Positions 1 through 14,707 are shown, counted from the first letter of the stretch. The stretch is 64,000 nucleotides of DNA from Octopus vulgaris (GCA_951406725.2 OX597840.1:38378001-38442000), one strand, 5' to 3'. A program made the numbers and translations. The notes: generated by a model from the sequence alone, not told the origin.

Positions 1-110
1 GATGAAAGCAAAGATGCCCAAGACGGAATTTGAACTCAGAGAGAAAAGCCAGACCGAATGTTTGTCGCTAAGCACTTTTCCCGCTGTGCCAAAACTTCTG
101 CCTGCTCGCC
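1..110 (-). mobile_element. SINE family C, 5' part (degenerate)
   Basis: The reverse complement carries a B-box-like GAGTTCAAATTCC followed by CTTTGCTTTCATC, which is also seen in the copies at 16890-17085, 20722-20869 and 33150-33260. Confidence 0.5.
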
Positions 111-621
111 ATCTTGAATAGATGCTCCTTTTGAAACGAAACATACTTTTTTACCATAAATAAAAATAATATGTTCTCATTTGTACAACTCTTGTCAAAA
201 TTAATCTACCTTTTACCCGTCACTACTCTGTCATTTTTTCTCAAGTTTCGACTGTCCAAGTCAAACAACCGACATTTGTATCAGAGATGTGCTATATATC
301 AAACAATTATAATTAAATGGTTTATCAATTTTTTGTGTCTGTAAATAATGATGAAATACATATTTTTCGTAAAAAAAATGCATTTACTGATTTGTTACTT
401 ACTCGCTCGCCTCCACTCCTCTCATCCCCCCACACACTCTCTCTTTCTCTCTCCTTTCTTGCTTACCGTTTCTAAGTGTAGCATTGTGCTACTCATTGCA
501 TGTAACCAAGCCTGTTATATACACTCACACTTCATCTCTTATGTTAAATCTGTACGTATATATGTCTACATACACACCTGCATATACATATCTGCGTATA
601 TATATATATATATATATATAT

Positions 622-928
622 ATCACAGTCACCGTGACCAACCAGGCTATCAGATGTTGTTACACATCGCTGGTCACAATAAGCTTCGCATTGTTTTAGC
701 CTTCGAATGACGCCACCCAGATGGCTGAAGCGAGCAGGCCAACACAAGAAAGAGTGAGAGAAGGTTATGGCGAAATAGTACAGCAGGGATCGCCATCACC
801 CCTGCCGGAGTCTCGTGGACCTTTTAGGTGTTTTCGCTCAATAAACACTCACAACCTCCCGTCTGGGAATCGAAGCCGCGATCCTACAACCGCGAGTCCG
901 GTGACCTAACCACTGGGCCATTGCGCCT

Positions 929-931
<3 letters not shown>
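622..931 (-). mobile_element. tRNA-derived SINE family D, full length
   Basis: The minus strand begins GGAGGCGCAATGGCCCAGTGGTTAG (A box) and contains GCTTCGATTCC (B box). Its 3' 120 bp is repeated at 20480-20597. Flanked by (TA)n and (CA)n. Confidence 0.8.
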
Positions 932-979
<48 letters not shown>

Positions 980-1993
980 CACGCGCGATATATTTGTGTG
1001 TGTACGTATAGGTTTGTGTGTGTGTGTGTTTATGGGTGTATTATCGTTTACAGTATTTCATTTAAATTCAAACATATTGACTCTGGCCGTATCTTTCCAT
1101 TTCTATATCTCGCTTTCTCACGAAGTCCTCTTTCATTAAACTTAACCTTCATCTCATCATTTATATCTCTGTTTTACTTTCATTTTCCATTTCTGAAAGT
1201 TTCTCTTTGTATTGGCCTCTGACTGCGTGAATTTAGCCGTGTGTGTGTTTATTTGTGTGAGTGTCTGCATCAGTGTGTCTGTGTGTGTGTCTGATGATAT
1301 CTCATGAATATGTTGCATATTTCTGTATATCTGTCGCCAAATATATACGTCTATTTTACTATATACACGCGGATATTCGTCTCTGTGTGACGGATGATGT
1401 GTATACGCATGAATGCACCTATAGATGTGTATATATTTTCCTCTTTCGATTTATAAGCGCGTATGTGTGTGTGTGTGGATATTTGTCTGAATGAATATAT
1501 CTCTATACCATTATCCTTGCATCTCTCACAGTATCACAGTAATGCTGTGTATATTTCGATATGTCTCAATAAGAGTAAACCATATATTTGTCTGTAGGCG
1601 TGCGATGTGATCTTAGTAGAGATGTAAGCGTCTACATGTGATATCAGTATTTATTTTTAATTTCTTTTAACATTATCTTCACCTTCTATTTTGTTTGTTT
1701 TTTTGCTTTCCAAGCGTTATCAAAACGAGTGATCCTCTTTCAAATATATTTATTTAAATTTTATATTGAGCTTATATTTCACATCAATAAACTTTGTAAC
1801 CTCTCAAAACAAATCAAGTTGTCTGTACAGATGCAACCGAAAATACTGCATAGAAATAAATGCGATATCCAGACATTTAATGCACAAACGAATATGCGTA
1901 CACACACTCCCACATCTCTATATAAAAGAATATATATACATATATGTACACCCACACATATATATATATATACATATATGTACACACACACAC

Positions 1994-2089
<96 letters not shown>

Positions 2090-2096
2090 CATATAC

Positions 2097-2174
<78 letters not shown>

Positions 2175-2720
2175 AATTAAATAATGTAGTTTGTGCACGT
2201 GAGTGTGTGTGTGTGAGTGTGTGTGTATGTGTGTAAGCTGTATAATGGCTGGAGGTTTGAGGCCTGAATATATTAATTTGACCACTTGACATCCTTAGGA
2301 ACGTGGCAGGTTCGAAGCCTTTTTTACTCTAGTGATAATTTTAATTCAGACTACGATTATGCTTACATCCTTGCACTAGTATGTATTCTACGCATTATAC
2401 ATCACGATATATATTTAAAATAAAAAACCATGAAAATATAGAATGCTAGCACATCAGCTCCACAGAAAATCATGGCTCTATCAGCAATAATAAATATTTT
2501 AATCTCGCATACCTCCTGACATTTTATGTTGTATAAAATCCTGATCGTGTAATTTCATTGACCGCATCTTTCAGATTTCAGCTGTAAGGAGACATTTTAT
2601 TACACGTCTTTGTATTGGATTACTATGTGGTCTGATATTCAAGTTCGTTAACAAAGCCTCCTGTGATAGCCATAGTATCAGAATTCTAGGAATCCATAAC
2701 TTAAATTGCAAACATATGTA

Positions 2721-2872
2721 TAGTAGTGGCTGCGCGGTAAGAAGCTTGCTTGCGAACCAAACGGTTCCGGATTCAGTCCCACCTTGGGCAAGTGTCTTCC
2801 AATATAGCCTCGGTCCCACCAAATAAATAGTTATGAGTGTATTTGGTAGACGGAAACTGAAAGTAGCCCATC

Positions 2873-2873
<1 letters not shown>
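2721..2873 (+). mobile_element. tRNA-derived SINE family A, 5' half
   Basis: GTGGCTGCGCGGTAAG...GATTCAGTCCC...TTGGGCAAGTGTCTT...GGTAGACGGAAACTGAAAG, matching the full copy at 11762-12219. Confidence 0.8.
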
Positions 2874-2931
<58 letters not shown>

Positions 2932-2990
2932 TATATATAGATATATACATATATACATATATACATACACACACACGCACACACACACAC

Positions 2991-3205
2991 AATGAACCTC
3001 GCTAAGTTAAATATTTAAATCACCTGAAGAATGACTGTAACTCGAATTTTTACGAATTGGACAGCCATGAAACGATCGTAGTGTTATACTAATTATCTTT
3101 TTTTAATAATTTTGATATATATTTAAAATAATATAAATTAATTAATCTTATGTATTGGCTTAAGTTTTTCATTGTATGATTTGCCTAATAGTGGTTTTAT
3201 CTCTA

Positions 3206-3210
<5 letters not shown>
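2991..3210 (+). mobile_element. Penelope-like pseudo-LTR fragment carrying a hammerhead motif
   Basis: Contains a type I HHR. Its 3' part (TATGTATTGGCTTAAG...TAATAGTGGTTTTATCTCTAATT) is homologous to the reverse complement of 59050-59140. Microsatellite-flanked. Confidence 0.55.
3019..3085 (+). ncRNA. Type I hammerhead ribozyme motif (minimal, palindromic stem III)
   Basis: CAC-CUGAAGA(3024-3030)-AUGACUGU/ACAGCCAU stem II (7 of 8 pairs)-GAAA(3069-3072)-CGAUCG-UA-GUG. Predicted cleavage 3' of A3080 (GUA triplet). Confidence 0.7.
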
Positions 3211-3243
<33 letters not shown>

Positions 3244-3475
3244 TTTATAATTAGGGTTCAGCAACGATTTGCTTCACCACATACCGAAGTTTAGAAATAG
3301 CAGTCAAAAAATCTTAGCTATTCCTTCTACTTTAAAGGGAGTTCCCAGATAAACCAAAGCACTTCAATTATAAACTATTACTTAAGCTTACCATGAATTG
3401 GTCCTTTTCATGCCGAATTCTACTTGGTGAAATTGCCGATTACTTCTTAATTAATTAATTAATTTCACCCTTTGT

Positions 3476-3528
<53 letters not shown>

Positions 3529-4226
3529 ATAAAAATTCATTTGAATAAGATACGTAAATGTAAGGTACGTAGTGCATTACGAAATAAATATTTTTTGTTA
3601 ATTTTTTTTTCCAGATGAATAAATGAATTTTGCAATCAACGTAGTCTCTACATTGCCAACATATTGATATTTTACAGAATTTTGCAATTTATTTCTCTTG
3701 CATTTCTATTTCTATTAATCTTCAAAATTACACCACCAACGCTAATGACTTTGCCATTGACAAGAAGTGTTTCAACGTCTGTTAAATATTACTCATGACT
3801 AATGTTTCTGGTGCGTCGAAATAATTTGACGAGAGTGGGGAATAGTTGTATGCTACTTGTTATAAAAGGGATAATTGGTTTTTAATAGCTTGTTTTAATT
3901 TAAATTTTGATTTACAAAGGTGTACTTAAATATTATTTAAATGAGAAACACGTAGTTTAGTGCTTAGAGGTGATACTAAGTTTGTGGCTTTGACCACTGG
4001 ACGAGGTGATTTGTTGACCCCTCGAGCAAGACAATTCTTCTTACACTGTTCCAGTCCACTCAGCTGGCGAAAAAGAGGAACCCTTGAAGAACCGCCACAG
4101 AATCTGAGAAACTGGACTTGTCAGCATATAAGCTGAGTTGGACTTTTCATTCATTTTCAGAGTTGCTTGTGTGTTTAAGTGTTCATTCTCTTTCTGTCTG
4201 TCTGTCTGTCTATATCACGATCTATG

Positions 4227-4263
<37 letters not shown>

Positions 4264-4823
4264 AATCACTACTACCTATTTCTTTACTAGCCACGTGGGT
4301 GTGCGGGCGCACATGTGTAGGTTTGAACAGGCGCGCTTACGCGAATACTATGAGATTTTAACCCCCCCCCAGCACTTTTGTCGTAATAACGGTCAATCAC
4401 ACAGTAATTTCCCTTTGTAAAACGGTCATTTTTCATAGCATTTTACCGATGGTCGGATAACTGAAAAGATAGCGACGTGGATTTCCACCTCGGCATCTGG
4501 AACACGGAGTTTCATCATGGGTACCGAATAATTGTCACATATCACATTTACAGATATATATATATATACACAATGGAATTCTTTCAGATTCCATCTACTA
4601 AATCTCATAAATCTTTGGTTGATCTGAGTCTAAAATAGAAGACACTTGCCCAAAATACAATGCAGTGGGACTTGAAAGAAAATCATGTGTTTGGGTGGCT
4701 AAATTCATACCAATATTAAAATTAGAGGACATAACTCATTGATCTCATAGGACAAATAATAGATGAAGGCCAGTGGAAGAGAACAGTTATAAGTGAATGT
4801 GTGTGAGTGTGTGCGAGCGTTTG

Positions 4824-5028
4824 CTAGCGTACATGAATTGGTTTAAGACGTTCTATTTTCGGGAATAAATTAACGGAATAATTATAACCAACAATAAAGG
4901 AAAAGCCATCCTCAATCTGGAGAAAAGCACAATTCGTTCCGAAGGTCTGAATTTTAAGATTCTTGAAGTAACTTCTTCGATAATTTATCTCAAATAAAAA
5001 TTGTAGTATTAAAGATATAATTGATATG
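4824..5028 (-). pseudogene. Putative terminal exon paralogous to 13537-13802, probably frameshifted
   Basis: Strong acceptor TTCTTCACTCACCCCTCTTAG. Peptide FLFEINY...KIQTFGTNCAFLQIEDGFSFIVGYNYSVNLFP aligns by eye with GFFEIFY...GIKKYDGRCSFMIMDAEYYITTENEFVFNCTP. FEI lies 34 nt after the AG versus 35 nt in the intact copy. Confidence 0.4.
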
Positions 5029-5597
5029 CTAAGAGGGGTGAGTGAAGAATGTAAATAAAACACAGGATATGGGCCATGGATATTTTAATAGCATTAGGCT
5101 TTACAGTAATACAAGATCTATTACACGGCACAAATATATTAACCATTTCTCAGTGGAGAAAAAATCAGGAATCAGCTTAATGAACTTCCTTTATGATTGC
5201 GTTATTTAACCTGAGAGAGCCTAACGGCTTTCGCATCCCCTCTTCCCAAAAAATCTATTGTAGTTATAACTACAAATAACAAATTCCTCCTCTCTATACC
5301 GGAAATGTGTAGAGAGATACGGGTGATTCGATTATTTTCAGCATGGAAATTAGCGATGGACTAGAAAGGAAAATTGCGTGTGGGCTAAGCGTCTTTTATT
5401 TGAGAGCAGTACATGAGCACACAGAGCAATTGTCAATAAACATACATGTACACACACACATATACACATACACACATGCATACATACATACATATACGTG
5501 TTCGTTTGTATAATCATTTATGTATTTATATCTTTGTGTATATATATTTACGTATATATGTATTTATACACACACATAGATACACACCCACAGCAGG

Positions 5598-5633
<36 letters not shown>

Positions 5634-5683
5634 ATATATACATACAGACACAAATATATACATATATATATATACATGCATAA

Positions 5684-5714
<31 letters not shown>

Positions 5715-5778
5715 CATACATAAATATATACATGTATATATATCTATATATGTATATAAAGTATACACACACACACAG

Positions 5779-5885
<107 letters not shown>

Positions 5886-6237
5886 TTATATCAGTTATAT
5901 CGATTATTCGTGGTTTAATTGCTGTAGTCGTGTATCTTTCTGTGTAGATATATGTAATTGTGTCCATTGTTCTGCTGGTGTTGTTTTTGATCTTTATTCT
6001 GGAAGTAATATATATTATTTTTCAAGAGTGCAACGCGATAGATAACGGCTAACAATTACTGCGTCGTCCATACTGAGCCAGATACGACGATGTGTTTAAA
6101 CTTTATCACAGATTGCTCTTTGCCAATGATTGCAACGCACAGCCACAAGTATTTATTTTCTTTTTAATATAAGGTCTATCCTACTGCCCTCGCTCTCACT
6201 CACTCACTCACACGCTCCCTCCCGCTCTCTTTGTTTT

Positions 6238-6348
<111 letters not shown>

Positions 6349-7732
6349 ACATATTATATATATAAAAACATGCACATCTATGTATATATATATATTATAT
6401 TTATATGTATATGTGTATTGACATATCAATTTTTGTGTAAGGGTATATATGTTTATACATACGCACATAAATATATATTTATAAATACATATATATTTCG
6501 ATGCATACTCACACATATAACTCCATATGTACATGTTCACATACATGCGCATATAGCACCTAAACAAATGTGTATATATTTGTATATGTATAAATATATA
6601 CATATATACAATATATATATATTTATATACCCATCATTTATATAAATATATATATTTGTGTATGTAAATGTGTGTTTGTGTGTGTGTATGTATAAAGTTA
6701 TATACAACTCAACATATACTCTCGCGCAGGCATATTCATTCATGCATGGGCAATCACATATTTGTGTGTGTACTTGTGATAGTACATATACATGCTTTGA
6801 AGGCGTAATGTTTTCTTATGTTTCCTTTGTATGTGTGTATATATGTGAGCCTTTATGTATGTATTTGTGTGTTCCTGTGTCTATGTGTATGCGTATATGT
6901 TCGAATGTTATGCAATATGCATGATGTTTCATGTAAGTTTCATTGAAATATCGATCCTTTTTCAGATTAATTTGTGCTTCTGACAGACATGAGATATAAC
7001 TCGCCTCTGCTGTAGTTTGATCTCAAAAACCTCCAGTCCCCACTCTCTCCCTTTTACACAGCATCACCAGTAACTGCATTGTCGTACATCGACGCCAACG
7101 GCATGAAGTTGCCGGAGAAAAAAAAGCAAAGTCGAAAATAAAAAAGAAATACAGAAATCTGACATTTTAGTAACCTCCAGACATTTGCCGGACGGAAAGA
7201 CTATTCCGCTCCGAAATGAACAAAACTTGATCAGTTATTAGTGAAATAATGAGATTATAGTATTGGAGGACATTAAACGTGGTCTGTTGGAAACATGAAA
7301 ATATTGGCCTTTTACTATATTTCATTTGGTGTAGTTTACACTATAAGAAAATATATGCTATACACTGTTGTACTAATATGCATTTTGTACTATTTATAGT
7401 TGTGCAGTGGAGTCTTTGCGCAGAAATATTTGCCAAATTACACCCTGTTGTCTAAAGGAAAACAAACTGTAAATATAACATTGGGCAATGATGCTCATTG
7501 GTATATAAACACGGATAGGGCTTGGGAGATGTGATTACCGCTGGAGTGCTTTTGATGATAGTTTTATATGAAAGGGTTTGTTTGGAAACAGTGAGGAAGG
7601 AAAATGAAAATTGGTATCAGAAAGAGGAACAAGAATAACATGAACAATAATAACGTAGCTGCAACACTTTAAACAACAAGAACAAGAACAACAACAGTAG
7701 CAACAACAACCAGAGTAGCATCAGCATTATTA

Positions 7733-8069
<337 letters not shown>

Positions 8070-8558
8070 CGAAAACAAAAGCACTAGCGATTTTAGTAAT
8101 ATGACCATCACCACTTTCAACAACGACATCAATCCAAGAGACGCTCCATATTCAAGTACCAGCACCACCAACGACAACAGCGGTAGCCATTTCCCCAACA
8201 CCGTCGCCATCGAGAAGAAGGAACCCGCTACCATAGCAACAAACAACAACAGCAAAACCCGAAATGGATCCACTATACAACAACACTGTCATCCTCCCTC
8301 GTACGAGTAGCTACCACCAACAACATCAGTATGACTACAAACGCTACCAGCTCCACCAGTGAAAAAAGAAAACTCTACTAGTACCACCATCGCCAGCCGT
8401 CCAAGAATTTGGACCTGGAGATCTCCATTTCCCGCGACTTCGAGGGCCACCTTCCACTGGTGTCGGGCGTCAACGAAGAGCCCTTATCTACAACAAAACG
8501 ACCAAAGTTTCTTTTTTTTTCTCCAAGGTCTGGGGTCTCCCGCCCCTAAACCCTAGAC

Positions 8559-8759
8559 CAGTGCTTTTCAAACTTTTTGCTGGAGCGGAACCCCAAGGAA
8601 ACATTCCACTGGCTCGAGGAACCCCTGTGCTATAATTTAATTGTCTTATGCACACATATCTGCACAGGAGAATTAAGAATTACTGCCGATTTTAGCAGTT
8701 TTGTAACTTCTTGCGGAACCCCTGGACTGTACTGGCGGAACCCAGGTTGAAAACCACTG
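8559..8759. mobile_element. hAT (Charlie-type) MITE, 201 bp
   Basis: TIRs CAGTGCTTTTCAAACT / CAGTGGTTTTCAACCT (14 of 16) and a perfect 8-bp TSD CCCTAGAC at 8551-8558 and 8760-8767. Internal GGAACCC repeats. Confidence 0.92.
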
Positions 8760-8999
8760 CCCTAGACCATCACCTATTTCACCCTTACACGTCTTGTTGC
8801 TTAACAACAACAAGACCCACCACCATCGACAACAACGATAGCAATTATGGTATCAATAGCAACGCCATACCATCAACACCACCATCACCATGACAACAAG
8901 CATCTTGCTACGGCAACGATAAAAACGTCGCTGTTATGGTTACAAACGATTAACCGACAAGAAAACTGCCGCCGAAATAGCTACAAACAGCATCCGCTG

Positions 9000-9008
9000 C
9001 AGCTGCTC

Positions 9009-9052
<44 letters not shown>

Positions 9053-9090
9053 GTTACTGCTGCTGCTACTACTACTACTACTACTGTTAT

Positions 9091-9121
<31 letters not shown>

Positions 9122-9152
9122 GTTACTCCTGCTAATACTACTGTTACTCCTG

Positions 9153-9205
<53 letters not shown>

Positions 9206-9311
9206 GTTACTACTACTACTACTACTACTACTACTGTTATTGCTGCTGCTGCTACTACTACTACCACTACTACTACTGTTACTGTTACTACTACTACTAC
9301 TGTTACTCCTG

Positions 9312-9343
<32 letters not shown>

Positions 9344-9420
9344 GTTACTGCTGCTACTACGTCTACTCCTGCTACTGCTGCCACTGTTGCTCCGCCACGA
9401 TTACTACTGCTGTTGCTATA
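9000..9420. repeat. (CTA/CTG)n trinucleotide tract
   Basis: Read directly; source of the poly-Leu and poly-Val ORFs. Confidence 0.95.
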
Positions 9421-10322
9421 CTAACATATATTTTGTAGAGAAGCATATTTCCTTTTTCAGCAAATTCAAGGAGGCCATAGGGTCACCAATACTCATTCAT
9501 ATCGATATACGATCCTTATTTTGTGTTGGCTGATGACTACGACGTTGCATTACGATTTCTAGGTGTCAGCCATGTCGGAGTTAAGGAGTAAATATTTCGC
9601 TAGTTTTAAATATCTCTTATACAGATGAGAAGCGCAGAATCTAGAAATACAACGATATAAACCTTTGCATATCTCATGACATGGCGTAAGAACTGAATGA
9701 ATTTGTTGTGTTGAACAACGACGCTAGGTAGCGTTACAGGGAAATATAATCTCTTGGCAGTCAGGGGTTAGTTCACGCCCAGCTGCCTCCAAATTGTGAT
9801 TCTTTGGAACAAATGTTCTGTAGTAACAAATATAGTAAACAACAACAGCTTCAAAAGCAAAAGCAAAACAAATGATAAGAAAACATTTAAGCGTTCGCTC
9901 GTGTTGGTGAAGATAGCAGCCAAATCGTTATCAAATCATAACGTAGAGCCTTAAATGAAGAAAAATATTGGGTAAAAAATGACAGAATGTTAAAGGATTG
10001 CAAACATTCTTTTTTCTTCTTTATTTTAGATTCGTTTTTAGCTTGCATATGGATGAACTAAATCTATGCAAAAACAAGATCACTGCTTAGGAGCCTTTAT
10101 CATATATATTTATAGATATATGTTTTAAAATGGCGCACTAATCAGCGAAGCTTGAAATAAAGCTGTGCGCTTTTATATTTAGAACGTTCACGTACACGAG
10201 GTTGTTAAATATGAATGTACAAAGATTTATTCCGATCTTCGCTGCATAGTGTTGTGTTATATAATTCTAGCTCGGCAAAGCTTGGCACACGCCAGCAAAT
10301 ATATTACTTTGGTCTCTCTCTA

Positions 10323-10852
10323 TCTATTATATAAAATCCGTTCTATCTATCTGTGTGTGTGTGTGTCTTCTAGGATCTCGGGCATCCTCCGTCAGATTGC
10401 GCTTGAATTTGATATATAGATACCGACGGTATCATGGCGTGTATAAGTCTTGAAAACATTACAAAAATCGATTCCAGGTGAGAATGTGATCAAATAAAGC
10501 CGTTGGAAAGTGCATTTGTACGCGCAAGTACATCAGTCGAAAGCCATCTTTTGCTGGTGTCTCAAATTTAGCTTAAATCAGAGTTTCTCAATTGGGGAGG
10601 CCTATGGGGCGGTTGGACAAGTTGTTTTGAGAAAATTTGGTTTAAATGTTTGACAACTCAGCACGGGGGGTGTTTTGTTCGTAAATATATATGAGTGGCA
10701 CATTTTAATAGACTGGCAGTTACTAAATCGGTGCCTGTAACATGGAATGTAACTATGCAGAAAAAAAACGTGACATATGGTTATGGAACATCTGAGTTCT
10801 TATATATAGCCATACGCATACTTCATATGGAGAATTCCTTTTCAGAGGGAAA

Positions 10853-10891
<39 letters not shown>

Positions 10892-11064
10892 CCCCAGTGT
10901 GTGTGTGTGTCTTTGTGAATTCGATCTGATACCTTGCTGAACGTTGCACCAAATGCCACATGCGGCTACACCAATTGAGAGTGCGCATCACTCACGTGAT
11001 CTGCCGCCTAATACGGGTATCTAGATTTGCGGATGGAACCAGATGCAATGGTTTTATTGGTTAG
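10323..11064 (+). mobile_element. Possible non-autonomous Helitron
   Basis: Starts A|TCTATTATATAAAA followed by TCTG/TG microsatellite, a typical Helitron-like 5' end. Candidate 3' end is the hairpin AACCA...TGGTT followed by TTAG|T. The 3' boundary is uncertain. Confidence 0.4.
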
Positions 11065-11761
11065 TTCTTTTAGTAATTCATAATTTGTCTCCATTCTGTT
11101 TCTCATTTTTTTTTATATCTCGGTAATCGTGCATCTGCCATCCAAGGACATTTTGTTATGATAGTATTTCTAAGATGACCTCATCCTGCAAAACTTTCTG
11201 CCTATCATAATCTTCACAATCTCTTGCTCTGTCTGTACCTTTGGACTATAGTGTTAACGCTTAGAAAGCGGGGTTTTTGTTCAGGGACCTAATAGGTTTG
11301 AACAGCTGAAAGTGAAATCCTCAACATGTCAAAACCGTGGAATTAAGGACGTGTCATCTTCATATCTAAGATCAATGCAGAGAAAGTCACTGATTGGCAT
11401 ACTTAAATGCTTTCTAAGAAGCTGAGGTAAATGATGAAAGATGGCAAGCCACTAATTAGGCTAAGGATCACGAAATCCTTGATAAATTTGTATATCTTTC
11501 ATCTTAATTTCAATATGTACAACCCTCGATAACTTCCATAGGGACGTCAGTTCAACAGATCGTATCAAATGCAGATTTAAATTCTTTAAAGATTTAAAGA
11601 TTTGAACGGTAAACATATCTGATGTCCTTTTGCATTATCAGTTATGTCTTTAACTCTAAAACTAGCTCCAGTATTCTGTTTCATAGACTTTTATAGGTCT
11701 AAAATCGAAGGAATACTCTGTTGCCGCTTCCTGAATTGTACCTACCATTCTTCCGCTGAAG

Positions 11762-11980
11762 TTACTCTTTTACTCTTTTACTCTTTTACTTGTTTTAGTC
11801 ATTTGACTGCGGCCATGCTGGAGCACCGCCTTTAGTCGATCAGATCGACCCGGGACTTATTCTTTGTAAGCCTAGTACTTAATCTATCGGTCTCTTTTGC
11901 CGAACCGCTAAGTGACAGGGACGTAAACACATCAGCATCGGGTGTCAAGCAATGCTAGGGGGACAAACACACACGCACAA

Positions 11981-12053
<73 letters not shown>

Positions 12054-12219
12054 TATGACAGGCTTCTTTCAGTTTCCGTCTACCAAATCCACTCACAAGG
12101 CATTGGTCGGCCCGGGGCTATAGCAGAAGACACTTGCCCAAGATGCCACGCAGTAGGACTGAACCCGGAACCATGTGGTTGGTTAGCAAGCTACTTACCA
12201 CACAGCCACTCCTGCGCCT
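11762..12219 (-). mobile_element. tRNA-derived SINE family A, full length, with internal (TA)n/(TG)n
   Basis: Minus strand: AGGCGCAGGAGTGGCTGTGTGGTAAG (A box), GGTTCAGTCC (B box), CORE-like TTGGGCAAGTGTCTT, internal microsatellite, tail CAGCATGGCCGCAGTCAAATGACTAAAACAAGTAAAAG. At least 10 related copies in the window. Confidence 0.9.
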
Positions 12220-12824
12220 ATATATAAGTGTATAGGATTGTACAAAAGTCACCCTTGTTTCTTTGCCTATTCGTTTGTCACTCCTTTATAGTATTGAGCA
12301 AATATTTTGACGATATTTTTCAAACAGATTTCACAATAAACCTAAGATGGAAATAGCCTATAAATTCATAACCCCAAGCACCATTTTCCGACCAAAGCCA
12401 TGACTGTAGCAATTAATACCCGAACAAAACGTTTAAGCATTAAAAAAAATGGAAGAGAACAAACATGATTATATTTAAATAGTAAAAATATTCGCGGAAG
12501 CAAAATCACCGATCGCGAATTATATACTTTTCTGACGAATAGATTTCATTATAGACTGTGATAATTGAACTGTATCGAACTGCTTCGATTAACAAAGGTC
12601 TTTTTTTTTTATTATAATGTTATATTATTGGAACAAATAAAGCGATACAACCTATTCTGTCATAACGAAAAAGAGGTGACCTGTTTAACTCCAAAGTTGA
12701 CTCCGAAATAGTTTTACTGGTTAAATATTTCATTTCTGGCCTGATCAATTAATATAGAATTCGGATTGTCCAATATATTAACATTATGGCCATTAAATGT
12801 TATATTAATTATAATCTTTATATT

Positions 12825-13190
12825 TCACTTGTTTCAGTCATTGCACTGCGTCCATGCTTGGGCAGCGCTTTGAAAGGTTTTTGGAAGAACAAACACTTCC
12901 TAGTGTTTTAAGGACTCTGGTTCTTATTATATCGATTTATTTTGCTGAACTTCTAGTTTACTGAGACATAAAATAGGAAACATCTGTTGTTAAAGAGTCG
13001 CAGACACAGGCATAACGAAGTACACACACACACATATATATATATATTATATGGGCTTCTCCAGTTTCCGTTTACAAAACGCACTCGCAAGGCACTGGTC
13101 TGCCGGGGCTGCAGTAGAAGAAATTTGCTACGCATCACAAGCAATGAAACCGAATTTACTTCATCGCAGAACCTGCTTCTGAAGCACACG
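12825..13190 (-). mobile_element. SINE family A, degenerate copy
   Basis: CTTGTTTCAGTCATTGCACTGCGTCCATGCT tail and CAGTTTCCGTTTACAAAA...GCCGGGGCT body. Confidence 0.7.
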
Positions 13191-13536
13191 ATGAAGGCAA
13201 AGCTATTAGTATGAATTTCCTTGACGCTAAATATTCGTCGTTATCATTCAAGTCAGAGGCCATTTCTTTTGCTTTTACATATGTACATATGCTTGCCATC
13301 GTGTGTGTTATAAATCTGTGTGCGCATGCGTGTATTGATGTAGAATGGTATTACATTTCTTCTATAGTTTTGGAACCATATATATACTTTATGCAACTTC
13401 CTGTTTCATATACATATTTCCATGAAAAGCGTGGATGCTTTCGTGAAATCTTTTTTGTATACGTTTTCTTAAATATATATGAAATATATCTTCAGAGGAA
13501 TTGATTTATTAAAAAGATTAAGCCCTACTGCCATCT

Positions 13537-13802
13537 TCAACTTCCAAAGGTCACAAATAAAACGTTGGAGTCATTCTTCAGGAAGGGCGTACAGTTGAAG
13601 ACAAATTCGTTTTCCGTGGTGATATAATATTCGGCGTCCATTATCATGAACGAGCATCTTCCATCATATTTCTTGATTCCTGTTATTAGATCTTCCATAT
13701 TATCATTTACATAACCAACATAGCCTCGTAATATGGAAGCGGAGTAGAATCCGTAGAATATTTCAAAGAATCCTGTTTTAACTGCAATCCGTGTATCTCC
13801 GC
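13537..13802 (-). CDS. Putative terminal coding exon of an unrecognised protein (88 aa visible)
   Basis: Acceptor ATTCTGTGTCTACAG|GC (phase 1) and a complex open frame GGDTRIAVKTGFFEIFYGFYSASILRGYVGYVNDNMEDLITGIKKYDGRCSFMIMDAEYYITTENEFVFNCTPFLKNDSNVLFVTFGS*. AATAAA lies on the minus strand at 13505-13510. Apparent paralogues elsewhere in the window. Upstream exons not identified. Confidence 0.55.
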
Positions 13803-13929
13803 CTGTAGACACAGAATGATATATTGAAATAGCAAGAAGAGTGTTGCAGGATTTCGTAGTTATCAAAATCATTCAATATACACAAGAGGACTTACGACAT
13901 CCATCCATCCATACACATACCTACATATA

Positions 13930-14046
<117 letters not shown>

Positions 14047-14341
14047 TACATAGTCACATAGATGCGTACAAACATGGAAACATAACTGTATACATACACA
14101 CACATATATGTGTTCAAACATACATATGAAAATACAAGTGTGCGTACGGTATTACATGCATGTGTGCATACACATGCGATTCACAGGTAAATGCATTCTG
14201 TATGCTATTCACATGAATCATGGTACCACAGTACCTATCAGTCTATCTATCTATCCATCTATCAATCTATCTTTTTCTATCTTTCTTTTTCTCTCTGTCT
14301 CTGTCTCTCTTTGTCTCTCTCCCTCCCGATATATATGGATA

Positions 14342-14409
<68 letters not shown>

Positions 14410-14570
14410 TAGATGTATATATATGTATACGTATGTATGTATGTACATATATATATGTGTGTGTGTGTATTCGTACACACAAACCACCATGCCCTCGTAG
14501 ACATAATAGACAATATCTATCTATCTATCTATCCATATATATGTATATATATATGCATATATATACATAT

Positions 14571-14604
<34 letters not shown>

Positions 14605-14663
14605 GTAGATATGTACATATATATGCATTTATATATTTTTGTACATATATATATATATATGTA

Positions 14664-14707
<44 letters not shown>

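Noticed and set aside
855-931. tRNA gene
   Set aside because: A and B boxes are present but there is no complete cloverleaf and it continues into a SINE body; the same applies to the heads near 12150, 31400 and 36500.
2575-4530. Possible plus-strand exons 2575-2642 (FSCKETFYYTSLYWITMWSDIQ) and 4439 onward
   Set aside because: Splice-like borders and compatible phase, but too short and with no recognisable homology; not supportable without expression data.
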